Of a DNA stretch of 64,000 nucleotides, positions 26,078-35,305 are shown one piece after another. The first letter of the stretch is position 1; each line of letters begins with the position of its first letter. Source of the DNA: a virus; IMG/VR virus record IMGVR_UViG_3300014962_000004, positions 1-64,000 of that record. One strand, given 5' to 3'. Below the pieces are notes generated by a model. The model ran no database searches and had not been told where the DNA came from. It worked only from the letters and a program-made list of their open reading frames with translations. Both the position numbers and the translations under genes were made by a program.

Positions 26078-26841
26078 CGAGCTTCCTTGCCGACCAGCCA
26101 GCACTGAAAGCGAGCCGGACACGATTGCATAGCAACAGAATTCAGCGGACAACAGTGCTCGGGCGGAGTGTTGTGGGCAATGCACTCACGCACGTAATCG
26201 AACTTGGCGAAGATTTCACTCAGCAGCTTATCGTTCCGATTGACCCGAAACTCTTTCATCCTGTAGGGATAGCCGCTTTCCAGCACCAGCAGCACGCCGG
26301 TGGGGTAGCCGGTGCCGTGCAGGCCCATCGACAGCTGCGCGTCCCAGATCGGCTTGATCTCGTCCTGCAGGTCGAAGCTGCGGCTGTTCTGAGTTTTCAG
26401 CTCGACCGGGTATGTGTTGCCATCCGGATGGTGCACCAGAAAATCGACGCGACCCCGGACGTGATGCTCCTCGATGATGTACTCAACCTCAACGTCCTCT
26501 TCGCTCTTGATGAGACCGGCCATCTGGAACTGAGCCTGGACGATGCCGTGCAGCGCGCTACCCATGGCCAGGGTCATCTCGGACTGCACGTTGCGCACCT
26601 CGTGGATCAGGTGCTGCTGGTGATCCGGATGGAACCGGTAGTACAGTTCGCGGGCACCAATTAGCCCATGCGTGCTCGGGTGAAAGTACCCGTCGCCGGT
26701 GCCGTAGTACGGCGAGCTGTCGATCTGAACGGTGTAGCTGTCCGGCCACTGCTTGCTCAGCAGCGCGTTGCGGAAGTACGGCAGCAGCAGTTCCTTGTTG
26801 ACTAACGAGGACAGCACCGACCCGTAGGGGCTACCTGCCAC
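26074..26841 (-). CDS. Cas4-like PD-(D/E)XK exonuclease
   Basis: HPS, GSALHG, GRVDF, VELKT, QLSM motifs and a C-terminal Cys cluster. Confidence 0.78.
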   Translation of the reverse strand: MAGSPYGSVLSSLVNKELLLPYFRNALLSKQWPDSYTVQIDSSPYYGTGDGYFHPSTHGLIGARELYYRFHPDHQQHLIHEVRNVQSEMTLAMGSALHGIVQAQFQMAGLIKSEEDVEVEYIIEEHHVRGRVDFLVHHPDGNTYPVELKTQNSRSFDLQDEIKPIWDAQLSMGLHGTGYPTGVLLVLESGYPYRMKEFRVNRNDKLLSEIFAKFDYVRECIAHNTPPEHCCPLNSVAMQSCPARFQCWLVGKEAR

Positions 26842-27196
26842 GTTCCACCTCCCGATAGTTGTCCAGCAGCATCACGTAATCCTGTAGAGGAACGACAACG
26901 TAATCATGGACGTGTTTGGTGGACGTGTCCACGAGGCGCACCGGGAGAACAAAGGATTTTCCGGCTTCGGCTGCCCGGCGCACGTATTGGCCGAGCAGCT
27001 TGGCCGACAACGAGAACGACTTCTGTTCGGTGTACTTGCAGTCGACCATCAGCGCGTAATCGGTTTCACTGTGGTGCCGTCGGTCGACCCCGTCACCGGG
27101 ATCGTGAGCTTGAGATCCAGATGCAGCAGTTCGGTCAAGCTTGAAAACGCGGTTGATATGAGCTTCCCAAGCCGCCCAACCCAATTCGTGTCTCAA
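26831..27196 (-). CDS. PD-(D/E)XK Holliday-junction-resolvase-like nuclease
   Basis: G..WE...ASGS...GDG...VDCKYT. Confidence 0.65.
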   Translation of the reverse strand: MRHELGWAAWEAHINRVFKLDRTAASGSQAHDPGDGVDRRHHSETDYALMVDCKYTEQKSFSLSAKLLGQYVRRAAEAGKSFVLPVRLVDTSTKHVHDYVVVPLQDYVMLLDNYREVERGR

Positions 27197-28293
27197 GCCA
27201 GATCTTCTTCGACGGCCTGGGGATCCATCGGGGCCACCTCAGAGGCCAGCTGACCGTCGCTCTTGAGCACCGCCATGGTCTCAGAAACGATGGTCTGCCG
27301 GAGCGCGCTGTCGGCGCTGATCATCTCGCCGAGCGCCTTGAGACCCTGCACCTTGTGCTCGCCGGAAGTCTTGTACTCCGGCAGCGCGGCGTGGCTGTAC
27401 CAAGATCCGTTCTGCGCCACCACATGCGTGGCGACGGCCAGCCGGATGATCTCGTCGAGGGTGTCGATGCCGAAACCGTACTGGTCGGTGTCGACGTTAT
27501 AGAACCACCACCAGGCAGTGCGGCCCGGTGCGGCGAGCTGGTTCTTGATGATCGAGGCGAACACCTTGAACCCGACGACCATCTTCTCCCCGTTGACCAC
27601 CGCTTCGACCTTGTCGGTGGTGCTGCGGCGCAGTTTGATCCGCATGACGCAGGCATGCTTCCAGCCATGCCCGCCAGGAGTCATGTGGCGGCGGAAGCCG
27701 TCCATGTCGGCACGCACCTGGTTGACCCCGAACGTGAGGCAGTGGTACTTGGCGCTGTAGGTCGAGGCCAGCCTGGCGAACTTGGTGACCGCACCGGCGT
27801 TGCCGCCGACCTGAACCTTTTCGGCTTCCTTTTCCGCCGCCGCCTTGGTGGGGCTGCCACCAATGGAGTCGAACAGGCAGAAACCGATCTGCCCGGAGCC
27901 GACCAAGTCGACGTACATGTTGGTCGCCTGCTCCATATAATCCGGCTGCGCGTAGAGCACGCGCTGCATGCGCTCGGCACCGATGAGGTACTGCACCCAG
28001 TCCATGGTGAGCTTATGCTCGGTGTCCAGGATGAGCGCCGCCCTATCGGGGTGCTCGTCGAGGAAGTGCATCATGGTCATCAGGCCGAGGGTGGTCTTTC
28101 CGGATCCCTCATCACCGGCGACCTCGATGACGCGGTCGGACGGAAGCCCGCCGATGCCGGTCGCGAAGTCCAGCGCAAGACTGCCGGACGTGATCGGGTC
28201 TCGAACCGGAACCTGATCGGCGAACATGATCGCGTCAGCACCGTACTTGCCCTGAACTTCGGCAATCAGCTTGTCCAACAACACATTTCCCAT
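27193..28293 (-). CDS. recA: RecA-like recombinase
   Basis: SGSLALDFATGIGGLP, GDEGSGKTT, FDSIG, NQVR and TPGG; start revised to MGNVLLD. Confidence 0.93.
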   Translation of the reverse strand: MGNVLLDKLIAEVQGKYGADAIMFADQVPVRDPITSGSLALDFATGIGGLPSDRVIEVAGDEGSGKTTLGLMTMMHFLDEHPDRAALILDTEHKLTMDWVQYLIGAERMQRVLYAQPDYMEQATNMYVDLVGSGQIGFCLFDSIGGSPTKAAAEKEAEKVQVGGNAGAVTKFARLASTYSAKYHCLTFGVNQVRADMDGFRRHMTPGGHGWKHACVMRIKLRRSTTDKVEAVVNGEKMVVGFKVFASIIKNQLAAPGRTAWWWFYNVDTDQYGFGIDTLDEIIRLAVATHVVAQNGSWYSHAALPEYKTSGEHKVQGLKALGEMISADSALRQTIVSETMAVLKSDGQLASEVAPMDPQAVEEDLA

Positions 28294-28301
28294 AATTTCT
28301 C

Positions 28302-31300
28302 CTACACCCAATCCAATCGTTCTACGACACTTAGTTGACATCCCCGGCCCGACAGCTTGATGACCTCACAGGCCACCGGCACTTTTTCGGACTGCAGCAT
28401 TCGCTTGTTGGCTTCCCATGCGTCGGCGAACGCGACGATCTCGAAGTCTTCCTCGGCCCACCGCACGCTGAGAAACGCCATATCCTTGCCGTTGCGCTGC
28501 TTGTGGGTCTTGACCTTGGTCAGCTCTCCGCCGATGACGAACCGAGCACCGGTCTCGTAGTCGTCGATGTCAGACGGGTGCCGCACGCAGACCCCTTCGA
28601 TCATGGGCGTGTAGCGCGCCATCGGGTCGACGCTGACGTGGGTGCCCAGCAGCTCGGTTTCCATCTCGACCAGAAACGCCTCGTCGCCGAACGGAAACTT
28701 CGGGTAGTCGTCCGGCTTGCGTTCCCACTTCTCGGCGACGATGAGGCTGCGCTCGTCCTCTGACAGCTTTTCCCACTTGTTGGGGGAGACTTCGCTGGCG
28801 GCGCGCTGGTAGTAGACCTTGTCAAGCATCTCCTGCCGACCAATGGTTGAGATGCTGTCGAACGCGCCGATCTTGACGAGAGAGTCGACGATGCCCTTCT
28901 TGCGACCAACCGTGGTGCGGTCCAGGTAGTCGTCGATGGACGTGTAGGGGCGGTGGTTGATGATGTCGGGCATTGCCGCCTTGCCGATCCCCCGGATGGA
29001 AGTCAGGCCGTAGCGGATCCCCTCGTCAGTGAGGGTGAAGTCTGCGCCGCTCTTGTTGATGTCCGGCGGCAGAATGGGGCGACCCCGTTTGCGGCACTCG
29101 CGGATGAACGCCGTGGTCTTTTCCGGCATGACGGTGAGGCAGCCGACGATGAACTCGTCGAAGTAATAGTGCTTGACCCAGATCTCCCAGCACGGCTGCA
29201 TCGCGTAGCCGGTCGCGTGGGCCTTGTTGAACGCGTAGGCACCGGCGGCTTCCAGGCTCGTCCAGATCTTCAGCGCGGTATTGCGGGTGCCGCCCTGGCC
29301 GGTGAAGTCGGGGTTGTTCATGCAGCCGTCCAGAAAGCGCGGACGGATCTCAGCGATCTTGTCGGCCAGCTTCTTGCCGATAGCCTTGCGCAGCTCTTCG
29401 GCCTGACCGGCGGTGAACCCGGCCAGGTCGCGGGCGGTGCGGATCAGCTGCTCCTGGTAGACCAGGATGCCGTAGGTGTACATCGAGGAGCTGGGGCCGG
29501 TGATCGGCTCCATCATGGGATGGTCGTAGGTAATGTCTTCGTCGCCGTTACGGCGCTTGAGGTAGTGCTCTAGCTGTCCGGCGCGGATCACGCCGGGCCG
29601 GTTGATGGAGGCGAGGTCGGCCAGCTCGACGAGGCTGCGAGGCTTGAACCGCATCGCCTGCTTGGTGCCGGACACGGTGCCGATCTGAAAAATTCCGGCG
29701 GTCTGCCCCCGGTCGATCTGCTCCCATATAGCGGGATCGTTATATTGCTCGTCGCCGAACGTGATGACTTGCCTAGCTCCCGCCGGTACGCCGAAACCGA
29801 AACCGTCGAAGTCGAGCCAGACCTGGTGCCGCTGGAAGATCAGCTTGCGGGCGATGGCCAGCACGTCGAGTCCCTTGTTGGCCAGCAGGTCGTCTTTGAC
29901 CCCGCCCATTTCGGCGATCTCGGTCATGTCGAATTGCGTTGCCCGCACGCCCTTTTTGACTCGCGTCGGTATGTTGCCCAGCAGCGGTTCGGTGTTGACC
30001 ACGACACCGGCGGCATGTACTCCGGCCTGCCGCACCAGACCCACCATCTGTTCGAGGCGCTGGAACATTTCGGGATATTTGCGCGCCCACGGGGCCAGGT
30101 CGGAGTCCAGCTCCGAGATGACCTCATCCCACGTCGGCGGCTGCTGGTGCTCGTCCAGCTCGTCCTCGTCGATCTCGATGTTGTCGACCTCGCTGATGAG
30201 GTCGACCATCTTCTGAGTGTCGGCCCAGTCGATGCCCATCGCCCGGCACAGATCCTTGAGCATCTGCTTGGGGCCGGACCGGCTGCGGGTGCCAATGGAG
30301 CAGACGTTGGCCGCACCGTAGCGTGCGCCCAGGTAGGTCTTGATGTCCCCGCGTAGTGACTTCTGGAAGTCCACGTCGATGTCGGGGTAGTCGGGCCGGT
30401 CGGGGTTGAGGAACCGCTCGAACATCAAATCGTATTTGATGGGATCCAGCGAGGTGATGCCCAGCACGTAGTTGACCAGGGAGCCGCCGCCGGAGCCACG
30501 GCCCGGACCGCACAAGCAAGGGTCGGGGTCGGCGTGCGGGGTGATCCACTGCCGGTAGGTGCCGTTGCGAGCTGCCATCACGTAGTCGCCGACGATGTTG
30601 AAGTATCCGGCCATGCCCTGGTCGACGATGACCTGCGCCTCATATTCGAGGCGTTCGAGGTACACGTCTTCGGGCAGGCCCTTGTCGAGAATGAACTTCT
30701 TGAAACCCTCGGCGATGTTGTCGAGGAAAGCGTTGATGTCGTCGGCATCGGTGGGGTGCAGGCGGGGCAGCGTGAGGGTGGGTTTGATTTCGACGTTGCA
30801 CTGGTCGGCAATCCACCGGGTGTTCTTCAACGCCTCTTCGACCACCGAGGTGGGGATCCCGTGCCGCCCAAGGTAATACACCATCTCGTCGGGGTTCATC
30901 AGCCAGTCGGCTGCCTGGCCCTTGGCTTCGACCTGATCTTTGCGGTACGCCTGGGTGGACAGGTTGTAGACCAGCCGGTGCTCTTCCCATTGGTGTTTCA
31001 GCGCGTAATGCGCGTCGTTGACCACGACCAGCGGTACGCCCATCTCGGCGGCGAAGCGCACCTTGGCTTGATTCATGGCGGTGATGCGGGCGTTAAGAGC
31101 GCGGTCCTCGTCGGTCTGTGGGTCGATGATCTGGAACGTGTGCAACTCGCTGTAGAACTTATCGCCGAAAATGTCGAGCAGCATGGCCCATTCGCGGCGT
31201 GCCGCGTCTTCGTCTCCGGCTTCAACGTAGTCGGTGAACCGCGTGAGTCCGCAGCCATCGGAGGCCCACAGGCCGGTGCTGTACTGCCGGAACAGGTTTG

Positions 31301-31658
31301 GTTCGAGCTGGGGCTTGCCGTAGAAGTTTTCCGGCTCGTAGGCGAGGCTGGACAGCGCCCAGAGATTCTTGAGGCCGGTTTGGTCACCGGCCAGCAGAAT
31401 GATGTGGCTGCTGTCGCGACCGGAAGTCTTGGCCTCCCGGCTGGCGGCGATGTTGTGCACCCAGCGCGCCTCGGTAGCAAAGATTGGCTTGATGCCGACG
31501 GTGGCGCAGGCTTTCTGGAAATCGAGGTGACCGCCGACCTCGTCGTGGTCGCAAATCGCCAAAGCCTCGTCGCCGTTGGCTTTGGCGGCTTGTGCCATTT
31601 CCAAGCACCGGGCGCGACCATCGAGGAATGAATGCTCGCTGTGATTATGAAGCGTCAC
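28302..31658 (-). CDS. dnaE: DNA polymerase III alpha subunit (intact PHP domain, no intein)
   Basis: HNHSEHSFLDG, CDHD, NDAHY, GPGRGSGGGSL, FERFLNPDR, PDIDVDF, YAFNKAH and a C-terminal OB fold. Confidence 0.96.
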   Translation of the reverse strand: MTLHNHSEHSFLDGRARCLEMAQAAKANGDEALAICDHDEVGGHLDFQKACATVGIKPIFATEARWVHNIAASREAKTSGRDSSHIILLAGDQTGLKNLWALSSLAYEPENFYGKPQLEPNLFRQYSTGLWASDGCGLTRFTDYVEAGDEDAARREWAMLLDIFGDKFYSELHTFQIIDPQTDEDRALNARITAMNQAKVRFAAEMGVPLVVVNDAHYALKHQWEEHRLVYNLSTQAYRKDQVEAKGQAADWLMNPDEMVYYLGRHGIPTSVVEEALKNTRWIADQCNVEIKPTLTLPRLHPTDADDINAFLDNIAEGFKKFILDKGLPEDVYLERLEYEAQVIVDQGMAGYFNIVGDYVMAARNGTYRQWITPHADPDPCLCGPGRGSGGGSLVNYVLGITSLDPIKYDLMFERFLNPDRPDYPDIDVDFQKSLRGDIKTYLGARYGAANVCSIGTRSRSGPKQMLKDLCRAMGIDWADTQKMVDLISEVDNIEIDEDELDEHQQPPTWDEVISELDSDLAPWARKYPEMFQRLEQMVGLVRQAGVHAAGVVVNTEPLLGNIPTRVKKGVRATQFDMTEIAEMGGVKDDLLANKGLDVLAIARKLIFQRHQVWLDFDGFGFGVPAGARQVITFGDEQYNDPAIWEQIDRGQTAGIFQIGTVSGTKQAMRFKPRSLVELADLASINRPGVIRAGQLEHYLKRRNGDEDITYDHPMMEPITGPSSSMYTYGILVYQEQLIRTARDLAGFTAGQAEELRKAIGKKLADKIAEIRPRFLDGCMNNPDFTGQGGTRNTALKIWTSLEAAGAYAFNKAHATGYAMQPCWEIWVKHYYFDEFIVGCLTVMPEKTTAFIRECRKRGRPILPPDINKSGADFTLTDEGIRYGLTSIRGIGKAAMPDIINHRPYTSIDDYLDRTTVGRKKGIVDSLVKIGAFDSISTIGRQEMLDKVYYQRAASEVSPNKWEKLSEDERSLIVAEKWERKPDDYPKFPFGDEAFLVEMETELLGTHVSVDPMARYTPMIEGVCVRHPSDIDDYETGARFVIGGELTKVKTHKQRNGKDMAFLSVRWAEEDFEIVAFADAWEANKRMLQSEKVPVACEVIKLSGRGCQLSVVERLDWV

Positions 31659-31689
31659 TCAATCCTCCTGTCCGCCACTAGGTTTCAGT

Positions 31690-31775
31690 GGTGGGGAAGA
31701 TGCTGGGCAGTTTGTTCCTCTGCGGGATGAACAATTCCGTTTTGTGCAACGTGCCTGCCCAGCATCTTCCGCACC
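31690..31775. ncRNA. Candidate stem-closed structured element upstream of dnaE
   Basis: 16-bp perfect inverted repeat plus a 4-bp extension, enclosing a TTGTTC/GAACAA hairpin. Confidence 0.45.
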
Positions 31776-31880
31776 CTCCCGCCTATCCCCATGGGCGGGA
31801 GAGTCGGCCCCGTACCGGATTAACCGGGTCTCCGATGGGGTCAGCCTTGTGGGCTTACCGGAGTGAGGGGTCTGGGGTGT

Positions 31881-32807
31881 CTAGCGGTGCCGCTCCAAGC
31901 GGGCGCGCAGCGAGGACACGTCGGTGTTGGCGGAAGCCGGAGCCGGAGAAGCCTGCGGCTCGTCAGGGGTGTCGCTGGCCCAGGCCGGAGCGGATCCAGG
32001 GGTGCTCACAGCAGCGATGGTGTCGCCGCCGATCAGCGCCTCGCGGGCGCGCTCCTCGGATGCCTGATTTTCCAGCCACTCCGGCAGGGTCTCGCGGCAG
32101 TAGAGGAAACGCTCGTCGGACTCGACGGTCAGGGGGTTACCGTCCATGTCCAGGCCGGTGCCGTAGCCGTACTGGGCGCGCAGCGCGTCCAGCGAGCTGC
32201 CGTCGTTGTTCCAGTCCGGATCCGGGTTCTTGGGGATGATTGAGTAGACCAGATCCTTGCCGGTGCCGGTGCGAGTGATCTTGTAGTCGCGGTCGCACAG
32301 CGTGCCGAATTCCTGGTGGTAACCGGCGAGCAGCTGCCAGAACTTCTTGTACTGCTTAACGACCATGAAGTTGCGGGCGGCGTAGCTCTTGCCGTCCTTG
32401 CCCTCGAAGGTGTTGAGCTTGTCCTGGGTCTTGATGACCTTGCGACCGTTCTCCTCGACCTGAACCTCTTCGCGCTCGACGGCGATGCCGACCAGGCGCT
32501 CACGCGGCTTCGACTCGACGAGCTGCTTGGTGGTGTAGTCGGTGGTGCGGCCACCGAACTTGGTGACCCAGTCCTCGCTGCCGGGGTGGATGTCCGGCGC
32601 GTAGACGAAATTCTGGAACTTACCGTTGCGGTCCTGGATGAATTCATGGAACCGAACTTCGACGATGTCGGGTTCGTCAGTGAGGAAGCGGACGATCTTG
32701 GTCTCGCCCTCTCCGAGAATGAAGTAGCTCAGGAACCGGCCCGGCTGACCGCCACCGCCGGAACGGCTCGGCGACGATTCCAGGGCGGAATTCAATCCAA
32801 CGCGCAT
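31881..32807 (-). CDS. Single-stranded DNA-binding protein (gp32-like)
   Basis: GETKIVRFL and GTLCDRDYKITRTGTGKDLVYSII motifs; start revised to MRVGLNS; adjacent to dnaE. Confidence 0.7.
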   Translation of the reverse strand: MRVGLNSALESSPSRSGGGGQPGRFLSYFILGEGETKIVRFLTDEPDIVEVRFHEFIQDRNGKFQNFVYAPDIHPGSEDWVTKFGGRTTDYTTKQLVESKPRERLVGIAVEREEVQVEENGRKVIKTQDKLNTFEGKDGKSYAARNFMVVKQYKKFWQLLAGYHQEFGTLCDRDYKITRTGTGKDLVYSIIPKNPDPDWNNDGSSLDALRAQYGYGTGLDMDGNPLTVESDERFLYCRETLPEWLENQASEERAREALIGGDTIAAVSTPGSAPAWASDTPDEPQASPAPASANTDVSSLRARLERHR

Positions 32808-32893
32808 GGGTGTTTCCTCATCTCTCAGTGGGCCGATTGCGACCCGAATAATCTTGATGTAATTAAGCCGACTTTGGACGGCTGATAGAAAGA

Positions 32894-33622
32894 CTACACG
32901 ACAGCGCCGACGGGCGGAACGCCTGTGCGGGCGTGTCGGCTGCCGGGCTTGATTCCGGCCACGGCGGTGAACAATGCGAACGCCAGCAACACCGAGGGGG
33001 TCCAGTGGCGGGGGATGGCCATCACGGCGGGGTCGGGGTGGAAGAACGCCGGTCCGTCGTGGATCAGCACTTTGATCCGGCGGCGGTAGCCGACCACGCG
33101 GGCGGCGTGGACGAGGTGGGCGTACCACCGCTGAGCCAGATGCATATCGCCCTGTTCCTGGTCGACAGACAGGTAGTCGTACCACTTTCCGGTTCGGGTG
33201 GTCGGTGCCGGTTGCGGATCCAGCGCCTCGACCAGATCGCTCTCGGACAATCCGGCGAAATCCTGATTGCTCAGCTCTGAGAGGTAAACCCGATCCAGCA
33301 GGCGCTTGCCCGGCGGAGTGTTGTTGTACGCCTCGCGGCCTTCGGGGTCCAGCAGCACCTCGGCGATGAGCTTGACCCGCTGCAGCCGGTCGGAATCGGG
33401 GCGGGATCCGGTGTCGGGGTGCAGGCGGCGGTACAGCTTGCGGCAGGCGGCGCGGATCTCTTCATCGGTGGCCCACGGCTCGACACCGATCTCGGCGTAG
33501 TAGCCGTGCGGGTCGGCGATGTTACGCGGCAGGCGGCACAATTCGGTGTTGCACGAGGGGTAGCCCCAGCCGGGCCGCTCGGAAAGCCGGGAGTCGAAGA
33601 ATCTAGATGGGTCGCTTGTCAT
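32894..33622 (-). CDS. DnaJ-domain protein
   Basis: YYAEIGV..WATDEEIRAACRKLYRRLHPD...VLLDPEGREAYN. Confidence 0.85.
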   Translation of the reverse strand: MTSDPSRFFDSRLSERPGWGYPSCNTELCRLPRNIADPHGYYAEIGVEPWATDEEIRAACRKLYRRLHPDTGSRPDSDRLQRVKLIAEVLLDPEGREAYNNTPPGKRLLDRVYLSELSNQDFAGLSESDLVEALDPQPAPTTRTGKWYDYLSVDQEQGDMHLAQRWYAHLVHAARVVGYRRRIKVLIHDGPAFFHPDPAVMAIPRHWTPSVLLAFALFTAVAGIKPGSRHARTGVPPVGAVV

Positions 33623-33842
33623 GCGGCACCGAGTCGCCCGCGTCGAGGCTGTCAATCTTGGCCTGGATCGCTTCGGCGATCCGGGTGTCCAGGGCGGCTG
33701 CGGCCTGGTCGGTCTCGGGCTGGATGGTGGCCAGGAAACGTGCCACCTTGCCCTCCGGGATGAGACGGATGGTGCCGTCAGGATAGTGCATGACCTTTTC
33801 GCCGGACGGCAGCGTGCGCTTGGACGGTCGTTTGCTTCCCAT
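33603..33842 (-). CDS. Hypothetical protein
   Basis: SD GGAGAAG. Confidence 0.65.
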   Translation of the reverse strand: MGSKRPSKRTLPSGEKVMHYPDGTIRLIPEGKVARFLATIQPETDQAAAALDTRIAEAIQAKIDSLDAGDSVPHDKRPI

Positions 33843-33852
33843 ATCTCTTCTC

Positions 33853-34899
33853 CTACCTCAGCACCGCTGGGACAGCCTGCTCGATCTTGGCCAGTACGGT
33901 GTCCAAGCTGGTGTGGTCGCCGAGATCCTGGCCGGGATCCGGGTCGATGACAGCCAAACCCGGATGATCAGCGAGCCGGGTCATCACGGTGCGTTCCATC
34001 AGCTGCCCGGCGGGGTCCGGGTCGGCCCACAGAATCACCCGGTCGTAGTCGAACAGCATGTCGGTCTGCGTCTTGGAGATCTTAGATCCAAAACTGGCCA
34101 GTACAGGGATGTCGAGGCCCAGCGCGGCGGCTTTGATGACCGAAAACGGCGACTCCACGACCAGCACCTCGCCTCGGGTCGGGAACGGGCGGGAGTGGTC
34201 GTAATAGAACGTGTCGCTCTTGGGAAAGCCGGAGGTGTTCTTGTACTTCGGGTTCGGGTCGGCGGTGCCGGGCCACTGGCCGGGACGGTCGGGGACGGCA
34301 CGGGCCTGCCAGCCGACCAGCTTGCCCTGCCAGAAGTGCGGGATGACAATGCGGTTGGTGTCTTCGCGCCAGCCGATCTGCAGGCGACTGGCAGTCTCGG
34401 AGTCGATGCCCCGCTCGTGCAGGTAGGGGTGGACGAACGCCCACGGCGCGAGCACCCGCTCGGAGTAGGCGGGAAGCTCGATGGTGTAGCCCTTGCCGGA
34501 CAGCGCGGCCACCAGCGCCTCGACCTCACGCTCGAAATCGTCTTGGTCGAGGGTGGCACCGGCCAGGAACTGCGAGACCAGCGGCAGGATCTCTTCGAAG
34601 CTGTCCTTGTTTTCCATCTTCTGAATGAGATGGAACATGTCGCCGCCCCAGTAGGAGTAGCAGATGTACAGTTTTTTATCGAGATTGCATGCGGCGGAAG
34701 GATTTTGGTCGCCGTTGTTGTGGTGCCGGTCGACCCGGTCGAGCAGGCAGGAGTGGATGACTTCGGTCTCGCCGGTGTGCGTGACCTCGTCGTGGTCGTT
34801 TTCCACCCCGTAGTGATCGAGGACCGCCCGCGCGTCGAGACGGCGGCGGTATTCCTGGTATTGCGCGTCGGAGCGCAGTCCGGCAAAACCGGCTTTCAC
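33853..34899 (-). CDS. DNA primase (zinc finger plus TOPRIM)
   Basis: HSCLL...HHNNGDQNPS, RIVIP, PKYKN, VVESPFS and WADPDPAG; start revised to GTG 34899. Confidence 0.88.
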   Translation of the reverse strand: MKAGFAGLRSDAQYQEYRRRLDARAVLDHYGVENDHDEVTHTGETEVIHSCLLDRVDRHHNNGDQNPSAACNLDKKLYICYSYWGGDMFHLIQKMENKDSFEEILPLVSQFLAGATLDQDDFEREVEALVAALSGKGYTIELPAYSERVLAPWAFVHPYLHERGIDSETASRLQIGWREDTNRIVIPHFWQGKLVGWQARAVPDRPGQWPGTADPNPKYKNTSGFPKSDTFYYDHSRPFPTRGEVLVVESPFSVIKAAALGLDIPVLASFGSKISKTQTDMLFDYDRVILWADPDPAGQLMERTVMTRLADHPGLAVIDPDPGQDLGDHTSLDTVLAKIEQAVPAVLR

Positions 34900-35162
34900 A
34901 GGGCAGCCGCCCGGTTGATTATCTGCAGCACGCCGCGCGAATTCTTCACCCCGTCGGTGCGCTTGTGAATCTCCCGGCGCTCCGGATGTACGTCGTTCTC
35001 GATCATCCAGTCGGTGACGGCGGCGACCAGCTTGCGCTGATCGGGGGCGAAGCTGATGTGTTCGACGTTGCCGCCTTTGAGCATGGCGATAGCCGAACAC
35101 TCAGCCTTGCACCAGACCCAGTCCGGATCCGGCTCGCGCTTCGCGTCCAGCCACACTTTCAT
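34896..35162 (-). CDS. Cyclic-phosphate-processing receiver-like domain protein (degenerate)
   Basis: MKVWLDAKREPDPDWVWCK..SAIAML..GNVEHISF. Confidence 0.55.
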   Translation of the reverse strand: MKVWLDAKREPDPDWVWCKAECSAIAMLKGGNVEHISFAPDQRKLVAAVTDWMIENDVHPERREIHKRTDGVKNSRGVLQIINRAAAL

Positions 35163-35305
35163 TCGGCGGTCTTTTCCGCAAAGCGATCCCAGCAGGCTGC
35201 CAGCCAGGTCGGCACTGGATCGCCACACTCGACGCAGGTTCCGTTGCCGCGCTGCCAGACGTGAATGTGGCCGGTGTCGGTGATTTCCATGCCGGTGTCA
35301 CTCAT
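35159..35305 (-). CDS. 48-aa protein with HxH/CxxC
   Basis: Coupled between dnaB and the next gene. Confidence 0.55.
   Translation of the reverse strand: MSDTGMEITDTGHIHVWQRGNGTCVECGDPVPTWLAACWDRFAEKTAE

Noticed and set aside
26074-26841. CRISPR system implied by a Cas4-like gene
   Set aside because: No repeat-spacer array and no other cas genes; solo Cas4-like nucleases are common in phage recombination modules.
28302-31658. Inteins or introns in dnaE, recA, dnaB or terminase
   Set aside because: Motif spacing is continuous; no intein splice-junction or LAGLIDADG motifs seen.
31690-31775. tRNA or Y RNA (minus strand ends ...CCCCACCA)
   Set aside because: No cloverleaf or T-loop, the CACC is paired in the stem, and no Ro60 gene is in the window.
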